Shown here in pieces: positions 61,589-64,000 of a stretch of 64,000 nucleotides of DNA; the stretch's first letter is position 1, and the number at the start of each line of letters is the position of its first letter. This DNA is from Dehalococcoidia bacterium (GTDB taxonomy: Bacteria; Chloroflexota; Dehalococcoidia; Dehalococcoidales; W498), in contig DUEE01000007.1 of the NCBI GenBank assembly GCA_011170285.1, positions 70,318 to 134,317 of the forward strand. The letters are read 5' to 3'. Made by a program: the position numbers and the translations under genes. Under the pieces are notes generated by a model that was given only the letters and a program-made list of their open reading frames with translations, did not search any database and had not been told where the DNA came from.

Positions 61589-64000
61589 GTGTATCTGATA
61601 GACGAGATTAATTTAATCATTGACGGTACTGATGTCAGTGTGGAGAAGGGTATTAGTGTACTGCAGGCAGCACAAAGGGCTGGTATTTATATTCCTGCCC
61701 TATGTTCTCACCCTGATTTATCTTCATCCAGAGAGGTGAAGGTAGATGCATTTGTCTATCGTGGTATGGAGCTAATTAAGAATGATAACTCATTAAAAGA
61801 GTTTGAGGGTTGCCAGTTGTGTGTGGTGGAGATTGATGGTGTTGATGGTTTACCTACCGCTTGCACTACCGAAGTTACCGAGGGAATGGTAGTTCATACT
61901 AATACGCCACAAGTTCAGGAAACGCGGAGAGATAGTTTAAAGCTTATTTTAGCCGAACACCCTAATGTATGTCTTACCTGCGAACGCAAAGAGCGATGTT
62001 CAATGTTTGACATATGTTTGCGTAATGTGGCGGTAACCGAGCGCTGTATAGTCTGCCCCGACAATACGGACTGTGAATTACAGGAGGTAGTTGACTACAT
62101 TGGGTTAGAGGGAATAGATATTCCCTATACTTATAAAGGTCTACCTACGCAGAGGGATGCTGCCTTCTTTGACCGAGACTATAATCTGTGCATTGGTTGC
62201 CTCCGTTGTGTCAGGGTTTGTCAGGAAGTGCGTGGGGTTAATGCTCTTGGGCTTGTCTTTCAAAATGGTAAAGTTGTGGTTGGGACTAAGGCGCCTACCC
62301 TTGAAGAGTCAGGGTGTGAGTCCTGTGGGGCCTGCGTTGATGTTTGTCCCACCGGGACATTAATGGAGCGGGATAGGAAGTGGAGAGGTTTAACTGAGGG
62401 CAAGGTGGTCACTACTTGTCCCTACTGTGGTGTTGGCTGCCAGTTGGAGTTACAGGTTAAGGGGGACAGGGTAATAGCGGTTATTCCTAAAAGAGGTGGA
62501 GTAGTAAACTATGGACAAGCCTGTGTCAAGGGTCGTTTTGGTATTGCTGAATTTGTTCATCACCCAGAGCGCTTAACCACCCCCCTGATAAGGCGAAATG
62601 GGAGGTTTACCGAGGCAACCTGGGAGGAGGCTCTAGAGCTGGTTGCCAGCCAGCTAGCTAGTTACAAGGAAAATGGGGTGGCAGTAATCTCCTCAGCCAA
62701 AGCCACTAATGAGGATAACTATGTGGCTCAGAAATTTGCCCGGGTAGTACTGGGCACAAACAATGTTGACCATTGTGCTCGTCTGTGTCATGCCTCCACT
62801 GTAGCTGGATTAGCTCAGAGCTTTGGGGCTGGTGCTATGACTAATTCTATTAAAGAGATTCGCAATGCTGCCTGCATTCTGGCTATTGGCACCAACAACA
62901 CATCAACCCACCCCATAGTTGGACTGGAGATAAAAGAGGCAGTGCGTAAAGGAGCGAAGCTCATCGTAGCTAACCCTCGTAAGATTGACCTTGTTCGCTT
63001 TGCCGACATATGGCTACAACATAAACCAGGCACTGATGTTGCCTTGCTTATGGGTATGATGTGGGTCATAGTAGCTGAGGGATTACTTGACTCACACTTC
63101 ATTGAGGAGCGCTGTGAGAACTTTGATGCCTTAAAGGAATCACTCAAAGGCTACGACTTGGATTTTGTAGAGCAGGTTACCGGCGTAGCTAAGGAAAAAG
63201 TAGTTGAAGCCGCCAGGTTATATGCTACCAATAGCCCAGCTACCCTCCTCTACGCTATGGGCATTACTCAGCACTCTCACGGCACAGATAATGTAATAGC
63301 TACGGCTAATCTGGCAATGCTCACTGGAAATGTTGGTAAGCCATCAACCGGGGTAAATCCCTTGCGAGGGCAGAATAATGTGCAGGGTGCCTGTGACCTA
63401 GGGGCATTACCCAATGTCTACACCGGCTATCAAGCAGTGGCTAACCCTGATATTAGAAAGAAGTTTGAGACTGCCTGGGAATGCTCCTTACCCACCTCCC
63501 CAGGGCTGACACTCACCGAGATTTTCCAACCGTCTCACCAGAAGCAAATAAGGGCATTATACCTTATTGGTGAGAATCCGGTATTGAGTGACCCTGATGC
63601 TAATCATGTAAGGAAAGTGTTAAGTGAATTGGAGTTTCTAGTCGTCCAAGATATTTTCCTCTCCGAAACAGCTCAGCTAGCTAATATTGTTCTGCCAGCA
63701 GCCAGTTTTGCTGAAAGGAACGGCACCTTCACCAATACCGAGCGGAAGGTACAGCTAGTGAGGAAGGCGATAGAGCGCATAGGCGATTCCAAGCCTGATT
63801 GGTGGATTACCTGCCAGATTGCCCAAAGAATGGGGGCTAGGGGCTTCGATTTTCGGCATCCCTCCCAAATCATGGAAGAGATTGCCTCGGTTACCCCCAG
63901 TTATGGAGGCATTTCATATAACCGTCTGGAGGAGGATGGTTTGCAATGGCCCTGCCCCACCCCAGACCACCCAGGAACACCTATACTTCACACTAAGCAG
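61589..64000 (+). CDS. fdhA: Formate dehydrogenase alpha subunit (FdhA/FdhF type with N-terminal 2Fe-2S and 4Fe-4S domains), Cys-type, 3'-truncated by the window end
   Basis: My own translation gives 'INLIIDGTDVSVEKG..ALCSHPDL..GCQLCVVEIDG..ACTT', 'CIGCLRCVRVC', 'CGACVDVCP', 'CPYCGVGC', 'NNVDHCARLCHAST' and 'QGACDLG'. The frame is open from 61562 to 64000. It is absent from the ORF track because it has no stop within the window. The GTG start at 61589 is tentative. Confidence 0.85.
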   Translation, partial: MYLIDEINLIIDGTDVSVEKGISVLQAAQRAGIYIPALCSHPDLSSSREVKVDAFVYRGMELIKNDNSLKEFEGCQLCVVEIDGVDGLPTACTTEVTEGMVVHTNTPQVQETRRDSLKLILAEHPNVCLTCERKERCSMFDICLRNVAVTERCIVCPDNTDCELQEVVDYIGLEGIDIPYTYKGLPTQRDAAFFDRDYNLCIGCLRCVRVCQEVRGVNALGLVFQNGKVVVGTKAPTLEESGCESCGACVDVCPTGTLMERDRKWRGLTEGKVVTTCPYCGVGCQLELQVKGDRVIAVIPKRGGVVNYGQACVKGRFGIAEFVHHPERLTTPLIRRNGRFTEATWEEALELVASQLASYKENGVAVISSAKATNEDNYVAQKFARVVLGTNNVDHCARLCHASTVAGLAQSFGAGAMTNSIKEIRNAACILAIGTNNTSTHPIVGLEIKEAVRKGAKLIVANPRKIDLVRFADIWLQHKPGTDVALLMGMMWVIVAEGLLDSHFIEERCENFDALKESLKGYDLDFVEQVTGVAKEKVVEAARLYATNSPATLLYAMGITQHSHGTDNVIATANLAMLTGNVGKPSTGVNPLRGQNNVQGACDLGALPNVYTGYQAVANPDIRKKFETAWECSLPTSPGLTLTEIFQPSHQKQIRALYLIGENPVLSDPDANHVRKVLSELEFLVVQDIFLSETAQLANIVLPAASFAERNGTFTNTERKVQLVRKAIERIGDSKPDWWITCQIAQRMGARGFDFRHPSQIMEEIASVTPSYGGISYNRLEEDGLQWPCPTPDHPGTPILHTKQ

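Noticed and set aside
62786-62788. Selenocysteine recoding in the formate dehydrogenase
   Set aside because: The active-site codon is TGT (Cys). No in-frame TGA interrupts the frame between 61589 and 64000, since otherwise the ORF track would have listed a closed ORF.
1-64000. tRNA, rRNA, tmRNA, RNase P or SRP RNA genes
   Set aside because: Reading the intergenic regions by eye, I found no cloverleaf-like or otherwise recognisable conserved RNA core. A tRNAscan/Infernal run would be needed to be sure.

Overview
The window reads as a bacterial chromosome segment of about 45-50% GC by eye. Gene content suggests a Chloroflexota/Dehalococcoidia-like anaerobe, but that is inference and was not verified. 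Housekeeping genes dominate: fur-feoAAB, pfkB, plsC, ispH, acyl-CoA dehydrogenase, yceD-rpmF-fabD, nusB-acpP, mfd, proB/proA, rph, pyk, comEC/comEA, trkA, pit, gmk-remA and a partial formate dehydrogenase alpha subunit. Short accessory insertions and two families of intergenic palindromic repeats are interspersed among them.

The regions I consider most worth a second look:
1. A NurA ... HAS-barrel protein / HerA ATPase / patatin lipase cluster. The last three genes overlap, and a low-GC insert bounded by a duplicated nurA 3' end splits the cluster.
2. A roughly 5.3 kb minus-strand cluster: two orphan OmpR-type response regulators, two TasA-like secreted proteins, a SipW-type signal peptidase and a large two-repeat membrane protein. 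An unclassified leader of about 190 nt with a consensus promoter and an intrinsic terminator precedes it.
3. A roughly 4.5 kb AT-rich island bounded by a duplicated comEC 3' end. It carries a DUF2235/Tle1-like lipase, a transglutaminase-like Cys peptidase, a chagasin-type inhibitor and an ACGTT iteron-like noncoding region.
4. Singleton defence-like genes that sit next to the repeat elements: a TIR protein beside NAD/ADP-ribose-related genes, a HEPN-motif protein, and a methyltransferase-Mrr fusion inserted between proB and proA.
5. A hicAB cassette bracketed by duplicated orphan HicB-like genes.

I recognised no rRNA, tRNA or CRISPR array by eye. All family assignments come from motif recognition in the translated ORFs, and no searches were run.
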